From Chlorokybus atmophyticus (taxonomy: Eukaryota > Plantae > Mesostigma and Chlorokybus algae): 64,000 bases of DNA. Made by a program: the position numbers and the translations under genes. Below the pieces are notes generated by a model. It was not told where the DNA came from. It saw nothing but the letters and a program-made list of their open reading frames with translations, and did not search any database. This document shows positions 53,829-64,000 of the stretch, piece after piece. Where the stretch lies: positions 62,001 to 126,000 of the forward strand of contig RHPI01003729.1 in the NCBI GenBank assembly GCA_009103225.1, written 5' to 3'. The first letter of the stretch is position 1. Every line of letters begins with the position of its first letter.

Positions 53829-54938
53829 AGTGTGTATGCTGCCTTGTACAGTGTGCTGCGGGTAGATGGTAGGGCTAGTTTGAATTGTTCTCGGGTAAGT
53901 TGAACTGTGCCCTTTGTACGCTTTATACACTTTGAATCGAAGTTTTGGTCTTGCTACGCTATGTACCTTACCACCTACTTGTATTGTATGCAAACTTTGT
54001 ACCCACGCGTGTGGGTGAGTTCCTATCCGTTCATTGTAAAGGGGCAATACACGCTGTGCGCAGCTTTCAGATGTGCAGTGGTTGTAACACATGTTGTCAG
54101 CAAGCAATCTTTGTAACAGTACTCCCAAAGTGGGTAACATTTCTTCATCAGCAGCTGTCACAATTGGCTTGGATATCCAGCTAGTTTACTCAACCACTGT
54201 TGTGTGTAACACTTGCAACTGCTGAACAAGTAGCTGAAAGGTACATCGCTGTACATATGATAGGTGGTATACTGTTGTTGTGCGCACACCAACCCATTGT
54301 ACATGAAAGATATGCATGGTAGGTAACAACATCAAGGCAACATCGGTGTGGTATATATATAGTAGGGATGCAAGTAAAGCTGATATTTGGGCAGCAACGC
54401 CATGACGAGAACCGGGTAGTGAGGTAACAATACACGTATTGTAAATATGTGGACTACAGTATACTTTGCAATTGCATTCTGCAGCATTTTTGCAGCAAGC
54501 AATAATCTCAATTTGCCTGCTGCACAGTGCTATACAGTTCTGCTGTACAATGCTATACAGTGTACTAAATGTTAAACGCACTGCAAGCAGGGAAAGTTGC
54601 ACCGTGAAGTGGGAAAGTATACTGAGCAACAAGACCAATGTTGTTGTGTACACACAATGGCGACTCCCGCCCCAGGCACTACAACACATCGGCTCCACCT
54701 GTCGTCTTGCTGTCGCTCCACACCTGGACCATTTGCACGTTGGATCATAATGTGGCGGATACATAAGTGCAAACCATAGCGTGTGGATGAAGTTGACGAT
54801 CTACAACATTTTAGGGGTGTGCGCACCCGCGGCTACCATTGCGGTGCACTTGCGTAAATGGTGCTTGCTTGCCAGCGTGGATGTAGCATGTGTAAGGGGG
54901 AAGTCGATGATGGCCTCGCGCGTGTGTGTGTGTGTGCG

Positions 54939-55300
54939 NNNNNNNNNNNNNNNNNNNNNNNNNNNNNNNNNNNNNNNNNNNNNNNNNNNNNNNNNNNNNN
55001 NNNNNNNNNNNNNNNNNNNNNNNNNNNNNNNNNNNNNNNNNNNNNNNNNNNNNNNNNNNNNNNNNNNNNNNNNNNNNNNNNNNNNNNNNNNNNNNNNNNN
55101 NNNNNNNNNNNNNNNNNNNNNNNNNNNNNNNNNNNNNNNNNNNNNNNNNNNNNNNNNNNNNNNNNNNNNNNNNNNNNNNNNNNNNNNNNNNNNNNNNNNN
55201 NNNNNNNNNNNNNNNNNNNNNNNNNNNNNNNNNNNNNNNNNNNNNNNNNNNNNNNNNNNNNNNNNNNNNNNNNNNNNNNNNNNNNNNNNNNNNNNNNNNN
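54939..55300. other. Assembly gap (N run) between ELIP C and ELIP D
   Basis: A run of N flanked on the left by a (GT)n microsatellite. Confidence 1.
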
Positions 55301-56514
55301 GGGGGCGGGGAGTGGGTTTCGTAAATAATGTGCAAGTACACATGCGCATTACTGCACAAGGTGCACTTGCGCAGTGTGCACACATCCCACCCCGTGCACA
55401 CAGTTCCCGCACAGAGCGTAAAGTTTCGCCGCCTCGCCCCCTTCCCCGTCACGCATGTACCTATGCACTGCACGCGGATGGCGGAATGCATACTAGCAGT
55501 GCACACAAGCCTAGCTCCCCTCGCCATCCTGCCAATGCGCACCCTTTTGCTCCCCCTCTTCACCTCTGCAGGCGAGGGCAGTCACAGTGTGGGGAGACTC
55601 CCGTTGTTTCAATGCATCCTTCTCTATCCCCACCGCCCCGCCATATCGCATTAGGTAAGGTCATACTTGTACATGCTGTAGGGGTATGTGAGCTGTAAAT
55701 AGTCATGGTCGTTGGGTACTATACACTGCAGGTGATGTGTCATGTAGTCTACTCTCAGTTCCCCTCTCATCCCCTCTCCCCCTCTTTCCCCCTCTCCCAC
55801 TTCCTCCTCCCACCCTCACCCTCTCCCTCACCCACGCCTTCACCTTACCCCTCACTCGCTCGTTTACTCCCTCGTGCAAGTGAGGGAGGAAACGCTCTGT
55901 TACCTTGCCTTTACTTCATCGTTGCACACTTGCTTTGCCCTTTTCCTTCCCTTCATACCATTGCTCTCTTGGCAGAAACTTATGTTTACACTGTTACTAT
56001 TTTTCCCGCATTGCACACTGTTTACATCTTTGATGATGTATTTTTGTATGTTTAGTAATTGACTGCGTGTAATTGCCAAACAATGTTAAGCAACATAATA
56101 TTGGTTTGCGTAGGTTGTTTGCAAGTTACCAATGTGATTGACTCTGCAATATCAAGGAAGATTGAAACAGGCAGTAGCTATTAGCTGTGGTTGTAAACAT
56201 TTCAGCTGTAAGCTTACAACTAAACTGTCACGTTGTCTATTGTTGGATTTGACATCAACTTTCCATCCAGTTATTCCATTAATTATGCAGATTGGGTATT
56301 GATCACGCAAGGAAACATCGACACAGGCAACTCAACTCACAAAACCAATTTTTGGTAACCAACAGTGTTTGAGACAAGACAAAGTCATTTCAATAGGGTA
56401 GTTTTCACCCCGCACAAATATCCCTACTTTCCTACCAATGTTGTAGCGCTTCAATGCTACCAATCTAGCTGCACAATCTGTACAACAATAAATGCGTATC
56501 ACTCTACCACCAAT

Positions 56515-57570
56515 CTAAGACAGCCAGAATCCGAGTGTGGTCTGGCCAGTGATCGCCTCAGTCGCCAGCATGGCGATGAAGCCAAGCATGGCAGTGCGGC
56601 CGTTGATAATCTCACGTCCTGGGCGCCAGAAAGACTGCTTCTCGAACTCAGCATCACCAACACCCTTGGAGGGAGGGATGATGGAGCTGGCGATGGTGAG
56701 GCCAGCGATGAGGAAGAAAGCCAACCTGTATACGTGATGAAGTTTGAGTATGTGGGAGAGTGGGTGGGTGGGTGGGTGGTGACACAGTGTAAAGATGCTT
56801 ACTTGGAGAAGGGGAAGAGGGTCATCTGAGTGACAATTTTCGTGCCAGTAATCTGCTCGCCAGCCAGGGCGGCGAGGAAGCCAAGCATGGCTGCGCGGCC
56901 GTTGATACGCTCAAGCAGACCCTCGTAGGTGAGGAGGTCAGTGGATTGGGACTGGCCAGGCTTGGGGATCTACAAGCAGTAATATGGTCAGTGAGGCTCT
57001 TGCATCACGCTTACACCACGTTCACATGTAAGCATGCAAATTTATACACACATTGCAAGCGCACAGGAATGTAGCCCACACCCACACCCACACCCACACC
57101 CACACATCGCACACATACTCGCTGGCCACCACTCACCACATTGCCAGAGAAGGCGTTGGATGTCTGTGAGCCAACCTGGCGGATTGTACTCTCAGCGTCC
57201 ACATCGCTGGGGTTGGGCACGGGCAGGTTGCTGGCGGCGTCAGACAGCTTGCTTTGGACATCAGCGGCGACATCCTTAGCGGCACTCTGGGCCTTATCCA
57301 GGGGGTTGGCATCGCAGCGCACTGACCGGTGGAAGACGGGGGAGGCCACAGGCACACGGCTCCTCACAGCTGCAATAGAATGACATTCAGTTTCAACTGG
57401 GAGTGATGGCAATATCGCTCAACACAATCCGTCACGATGGGTTGCAGTAGACAATGCACTGACGTGAACACAAGGGCTGTGTGCTCACCGTTGGTACGCC
57501 TGGACAGTGTGGGTCGGGCCAGCTGGGCCACAGGGGCGGAGACGCAAGCAGCCATGGTGGTGGATGCCAT
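56515..57570 (-). CDS. ELIP: ELIP (copy D), convergent with copy C
   Basis: MASTTMAACVSAPVAQLARPTLSRRTN|AVRSRVPV...VRCDANPLDKAQSAAKDVAADVQSK..., IPKPGQSQSTDLLTYEGLLERINGRAAMLGF, GREIINGRTAMLGF...GFWLS*. No stops seen. Confidence 0.9.
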
Positions 57571-59391
57571 TGTGCTAAGTTGCGAGCGCAAAGTAACGTG
57601 TGCAGACTTACAGCTTGCAAGCAACAGCAGTTGTAGCGGATGCGTGAACTACACACCGATGCGAGAGAAAAGGTTCATATACTGCTTAGGCGGGAAGGCC
57701 ACGTCGGCAACAGCCGTAGCCGTCGCCGCCGCTGCCCCTGTTGGGGCTGGCGGCGCGCAGATAAGCATGGCCCACCACGCCTGAGGCACTCCCAGCCCCT
57801 CCCTTAGCACCACTGTGGCGGATACGGGTACGTCACCCTGCATTCATTGACAGATTCAGATTCAACGATAGGCTCACGTTCGATCAATGCCGCACCTTGC
57901 ACCGTCCAGAGTGCCAACCGACGCTTCGACACATCAGGGCCAGGCTGTAAAGCGATTTATCGACGTGGCAGGTTCAGACGCCTACTACTCCCGCCGTGCA
58001 GGAAGAGTTGAAGCGGCGGCTAAGGCAGGACCACGGCGTGGGTTAAGCAGCTTTTAGCGTAATGCAATCAAGTGTGCCCCGGTTGACCCCCCCCCCCCCC
58101 CCTTCTCATGGGGACAGAACGGAGGATTTCTAAGTCGTGCCACACTTGCGTGACGTTAACCATGCGCATCTGCGCACCTTATCAAGCTAGCAAGCAGATT
58201 GTATAACTGTACACATCATGGGGTTGGCTTAAGGCCTAATTCAATCAAGTGCAAGTAGCGGCATCACTGGCGGTGTTCATTGACAACTATGACCACGACC
58301 ACACAGCAGCAGGACACGAAAGCATTGGTGGTGGAGAATATGTTGCAGCTACCGCGCCAGCACCGTCTCTCGCATATATGAAGGACGATGTGATAGTGGA
58401 CAAGAACACAATCACGACAATGCCTTAACCTGCCGCCGCTGACAGCGTCATGTAATGCAATGTTTTCGCATCTCATAATGGCCACTAGCGCCGGTGTTTG
58501 ACAGTGGCACGTAATGGGCCTCATTATATTACTCAAGAATTATGTCATGTTACATAATTCATGACTTATAAAATGTGTCATGCCTGGTGCCCACACATAC
58601 CAGCCTTCATCGGGCATGCCTACACCGAAACCGTCGCCCGGCCTATCGACATACCAACGCGCGCGCGACCCTGACCAGTAGCTAGGTTATGACTTCAGGG
58701 TAGCTCACGACCACAGCCCACATAGGCACCGCGCGTAGCTGTTCAGTTGTGAGTTCAGTTATAAGTTGTGTTCTATATCGTGTGACAATCGCTGTGGAAA
58801 TGGCCTCGATATAACCGTTAGCTTATGTTCTGAATAGTCATAGTTTGACTTGTATAAGTAGTCACAGTGTTCACCGGATCAGCTGGTGACACTGTGAGTG
58901 AGAAAGCTAAGAGCTTGTGAAACGACTTGAACTACAAACACGCCATCCCGGTTATCAAGAACCCCCTCACTGTGTGAGAGCCTGTGCATGCTCGCGTGTG
59001 CATCGTGCTTGACATCATTGTGGGCTTGGTGTGCCTGGTTGCAGTGTGCTTGTTGGCATCAGTCAGGGCACAGTATCCACGTGTTGCTTGCCCATTCACC
59101 TCACTTAACAGTGTAACACATTTCCCGCTCATGTAAAGAACTATGTAAACAGCACTACCTATAGTAGTGGCTTGTTGACTCACAGTGTCACCCTTTTTGC
59201 TCAAGTGAGTGCGCTGCATTCTGCATCAGATAGTGCTCCTGTATCTGGGGACACATCCCTGGGCATTCCTTATCACTGTCATTACATAGTGCGCACATAA
59301 GCACTAGTGTGGTGAGTGGTAGCGGCATCGAGACAGGCGGTAGAGCACAAACACTCTACCCTGCATACACGTTCACCTTTGCATTAGCTGT

Positions 59392-62300
59392 ATGAGCAGG
59401 CCCACCCCGTTCTCTCCAATAGACGAGGGTGACCTCAGCAGCTGGAGCCCAACCTCCAACCTCATCTATGGGCGGACCAGCGACGTGAGCAACGATCGTA
59501 GCAGCAGAGGCTCACGTGCTATCTCCGACTTCACTCCGTTCCTGTCCACTCCACGGCATCGAGCTTCCCCACTCTCGTCCGACAGTGACGACTACGAGAT
59601 GGAGTCTTCCAGCTCAATCACGTCCCTGTGCTTCTCTAGACGCGCTGGCACCACCTCTCTGGACGAATTTATCATCAAGTTCCATTCCAAGATGCGACAG
59701 CAGGCACTGAAGAACAAAGACTGGTTAGATGAGATCTCTTTTCACATTGCTGCTCAGTATCTAGACCATGAAGCACATGATGTCTGGAAGTCTGTTGCTG
59801 AACTGCATCGAGTTGATTGTTATGGCGAGCTCGCCAGTATCATAACACCTGCATCACTGCACCATCTAGCAGCCGTCTTTCCACCTGCCACTCCCGCTGC
59901 AGTTACCGGGCTGTCCATAGCGGCGGTCATTGACAGAGCAGTTTAGGAGGAACCAGAGTTGGTGATCGTCAACCTGACCGCTGCAGAGATTGACATCAGG
60001 GCGGCCGCGCGGCGGGCCCGGAACCTGGACCGCTCTGCTGCCATCCTTAAAGAACAGCGAACTGCAGCCGTTGAGGTGGGCACGCCCCTATCGATGGCAA
60101 CACCTGGCTCTCGTGCGGGGGGCAGTGCTTTCACCCTGGGGTCAGTTGCACTGCGCGCACCAGCCATCACTGTAGGTGCTGCCATCTTTGACTCTCCACT
60201 CAAAGATCTATACGCTGCATTTCGTCGCACCTTCCCACCGCAGACCACTAGCAAAGTGGAGGAGTTGAGGCGGTTCCGGCGCAAGCCCAATGAAGATCCC
60301 CTACGCCTGTACTCCAGACTAGAAGGGTTGTTGAAGGACACTGACTACAAGATCGTCAGCGATGAAGCGGCTGCAGTGGTATATGTCAACGAGTTGGATG
60401 CCACCTTGAGCGAGTCGACGCGCCTGACCCTAAACTACAGCAGGCCCCTTGGCTACACCCTCAAGGAAGCTTTTGAGACTGCACAAGCCATCCATAAGCG
60501 CTTGGTGTATGAGAAGGCAGTGCTGGACACCAACCGCAGCGCCTCACGGCCGGTAGCCAGCACGACTGTCGAGCCTCCGCGCCGCGAGCGTGGCCGCGAC
60601 GCTCCACCAGCACGCGACAAAGGGAAACGGTTAGCGCATACTGCTTTGTCTGCCCCTGTGCTGTGTCATCGCTGTGGACGGCAAGGGCATTACCAAAAGA
60701 AGTGCACTGAAGAATACTCAACTCTGGCCTGCGACTACTGTCACAAGACAGGCCACTTGGAGTGAGTTTGCTGGCTCAAGTTCCCCGAGTTGAGACCCGT
60801 CAACAACCACAATACAACAACTCTGATGGCTACAACGGCAACAACTCTGGTGGCTACAACAGCAACAACACTGGAGGCCACAACGGCAACAACTCTAATG
60901 GCTACAACAGCAATCACACCGGAGGCCATAACCACACCAACAACTACGCCAACGCTCGCAAGGAAGAGCAAGGCTACAGGGGGAAGAATTGCCCTCCTCA
61001 GCGTCCGCGCGCTGCTGCTGTTGCCGCCAAGGCTCCAGCCCAACCGCCAGCTGATGACCATATGGCTGCCCTCATGGCACGTATGGCACGCTTGGAGGAA
61101 GACAAGGAGCAGGACTACCGCGCCTGTTACTCTGCCCGGTGGGCCCTGATGGCTCCGAAGCGCACGAGACACACCAGCACTCCGTCACGTATTCAACCAT
61201 CCCGGCAAGTTCGAGGGGAAGCCGCAACATCGTCAGCAGCCACCTCCTCTGAAACCACCAGTGGTACTACACAAGCCGCAACGGTCACACCGGCTACAAC
61301 GTCAACTCCGTCAATGCTAGCAGCAACTGCTCCAATCTCACCAAAAACTGGTCTGCCAGTGAGCACCGTCGCGCCCACACCGGTAAGCACGCAGGCCCCA
61401 GCCACTGCTATCACCAACCCTGCAGCAGTAAGTCGCACCAGTCCCGCTCCAACCACAGAAGCACCTGTGCCAGCAGGCTTGAAAATCACTCTCGCGCCAT
61501 TGAGCGGCACTCTCGCCACCACCGACAATGCCATCGTTAAGCATGCTGCCGCTGCAGCAACGCGCTCAGCTACATTGCCCGCCCTGGACATCACTCAGTC
61601 TGTCCCGCGAGGTCAGCGAGCGTGCTTGGAAGACCATCATGCGTGGGGCGGATCCCACAACCATTGCTTTTGGGAGCGGAGGGGAGCGCACAACACGCGT
61701 TGAACGCAGTGATCAAGTCTTCCCACTGCCTGAGTATCACACGCTGCCAGAACAGACTCAGCGACAGCTGGAGGATGAAATCCTCGCCGGCACGGCACCT
61801 CTTATGCGAGACCGTGTCTTCGTTGTCATATCGCCCGTTGTACTAGAGCTGGCACTGCAGTTGTTCTGGACTCTGCATAACAATATGCAGATAGCGCCAC
61901 GCCAACCCGCACCAGGCCGTCATGAACCCGTCGAGCCCAGCCCACTGGACACATATAGGGACCGGCACCCCAACGTACAGCAGCACATCGCTGATACCGC
62001 CGACATGCCTCTAGGTGACAACAAAGCACTGAGGCCCCTCAATACCGTTCGCCGTCATGAGCGCTACGCCGCGCTGGAACAGGCATTCACCTGGCGACAT
62101 GATCAAGCGGCGGCAATAAACGCAAGAGCGCACACCCTTGCTGAGGCTCGCACTGGCGTTCTGCAGCCAACAGTCGCTGGCCCATCATCCAGCACAACAC
62201 CTCTCGGCGGTGGGCCCAACGGTGACCAGACGATAGCGCTGGCTCAACAAAACCGGGGGGTGATTGCCCCGCTGTTACCCGCCTTATTGTAGGACTTGCC

Positions 62301-64000
62301 TGAAAATCAATGGGATCCAGGGAGAGGCTACCTTACACCGCAAGGGTCGACATAACGAGATGGAGCAGGTTCGTTTGGGGAATAGCAACTACGTACTGCC
62401 CCGGTACAATAAGCAACTATGCTGCACCGACAAGAAGGCATCGACTTGAGACGGATGCTGGGGATGCGAGAAGGTGGCAATGCAGCTCGAGCAAGACTGG
62501 TGACTTGGCTAGTTACCAATCACCCCGCAGTCCCCCTGATCGCCTTCAGCACCAAATTGTTACGGTTGAACGCCTTCCTGCGTTCACTACGGCAAGCCTA
62601 TGACGAGGTTGCCTCGACAGCCATTGACACCTTGAAAGGAGTACAAGAGGCCATACTGAGGTTGCCAGGGGGGGGAGCAGCGCGGCAACGCAGACGCATT
62701 GCAGCTGCCTACGAACAGCATGTCCAACAGCCGAAGATTTACCTCACTGTGCGGGCGCGGGCAACAACGGTGTTGGAGGTGGGAGTGGTCAATGGCAGAT
62801 GGGATGCCTGCATGGCAGGGATTCTAAGGGTCCCCACCATCACCCACGACATAAGAGCGCGGCTTCTGCGCGCAGTGTATCTCCAGCCCATGCCTTAGAA
62901 CACCGCTGAAGTGACGTGATCAACAACCCAACAGCCACATGGGAAGGTACACTGGTCAGGGAGGCAGCTCATGCAGTACGCTGGACTTATGTGGAAGAAC
63001 AGGCCGCACGGGAGGCGGGCCCACAAACACCCGTTCCTCCAGGGTTTTCCCCAACAGCCGCTGGCCACGCCGCCAGGAATGACCCCGGCCACACAGAGAT
63101 GCAATCCCCCGGCGCCACAACCAGGACAGCCGCAGGCAGCACCGCCGGCACCCAGGCCACAGCATGTTTACCAACAGCCAAGGCAAGGACGGTTCGGGCC
63201 AGGCCGTGGTCAATGAAGTGCGCGAGACCCAGCTGGGCGAGGGGCGCTTGCCGCACTGCGCTCGACACCACCGGGGGAGACTGCAGCAGCAGACACCCCA
63301 CGCACACGCTACCGACGATTCAAGCAACTGCGCATCCACGCCAACGTGGCCATGATCGCCAACCAAGGCAAGCATGTCACGATCAATGGGCAAGCACCCA
63401 AGCGGGTGATGCTGGACTCTAGAGCCCAGCCTATCATCATCGGACGTTACCTCGCACGTGACCTTGGCATCACCAGCGCTGAGCTGATGCCGTGCCCATA
63501 CGTGCTCGACATCGCAACCGGCAGCCGGGACAAGGTGATCAGTATCACCAAGCAAGCCCTCTGCATTCGCTTAACAGGAGAGGAACCGTCCCGCAGCACC
63601 GAGGTCATACAGAAGTGTGTGGTCACCGACGCAGGGTCTTTCGACCTGTTGTTGGGACAGGACTTCAACTTCCCTGTTGGCATGGGGCTGGATTGCTGGA
63701 CAGAAAAGGCCTGGTTTTGTCCTCATTGAGATGAGGAGGACGGGGAGGTTCATGGATACCTGCCTCTCAAGTTGGTGGCCCGCACTCGATCCCATCAAAA
63801 GTCAGCTGCAACAGCTACCTACAGGTCGTCGTCGGCAACCACTGACAGGTCAGCTGCGACAGCCACCCACAAGTCGAGCTCGACAACCACTGACAGATCA
63901 TCTGCGGTGGTCACCCACAACGCGAACCAAGACTCTCCTATCCCATACGACGAGTCTCAGAAAGATGCCACTGAGAAAGTGGCCCACCAGCAACCAGCGG
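59392..64000 (+). mobile_element. Degenerate Ty3/gypsy-type LTR retrotransposon: gag (capsid plus two CCHC knuckles), long insert, aspartic protease; continues beyond the window
   Basis: DLYAAFRRTFPPQTTSKVEELRRFRRKPNEDPLRLYSRL (retrotransposon gag-like), CHRCGRQGHYQKKC (60664) and CDYCHKTGHLE*VC (60730), VMLDSRAQPIIIG...FDLLLGQDF (protease, Asp codon 63415). Intronless, with multiple in-frame stops and frameshifts. RT and integrase are not in the window, so the superfamily call is tentative. Confidence 0.8.

Noticed and set aside
54781-55698. Long ORFs spanning 54.8-55.7 kb
   Set aside because: Artefacts of translating through the N gap.
58540-59340. Putative 5' LTR and PBS of the gypsy element (TGGTAGCGG at ~59317)
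   Set aside because: No partner LTR in the window, and the PBS does not match a tRNA 3' end I can verify.

Overview
Intron-rich eukaryotic nuclear DNA of about 50% GC from a green-lineage alga. Plastid-targeted genes, telo-boxes, a land-plant-like TIC100 and an intact MraY suggest an early-diverging streptophyte alga, but this is inference. The ORF track is mostly fragmented by spliceosomal introns, so genes were rebuilt by hand from GT-AG junctions. Gene order: 3' end of a P4-ATPase flippase (+); Rab34/36-like GTPase (-) head-to-head with a bacterial-type beta-lactamase-fold (AmiE-like) serine hydrolase (+); DNA ligase I (+); small plastid LEA-like gene (+); TIC100-like MORN protein (-) head-to-head with MraY (+); an ELIP/LIL1 cluster (intact gene plus pseudogene, both repeated at a 5,054-bp offset); a TE-rich stretch at 36-41.5 kb containing a TIR element nested in a direct repeat; a BTB/POZ gene (-); DAP decarboxylase (-) head-to-head with DOHH (+); two more ELIPs flanking an N-gap; and a degenerate Ty3/gypsy-type gag-protease element running off the right end. 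Three single Ns each abut an essentially exact copy of sequence about 5-6.5 kb away, so several 'duplications' are probably assembly artefacts. Most interesting: (1) ELIPs fused to an N-terminal LEA-like module that also exists as a stand-alone gene with the same first-intron position and phase; (2) shared GACGTGGC / ABRE-DRE composite elements upstream of the intact ELIPs; (3) two peptidoglycan-type genes (MraY, AmiE-like hydrolase) about 15 kb apart; (4) a Rab34-like paralog; (5) a long-gag gypsy element decayed by C-to-T changes.
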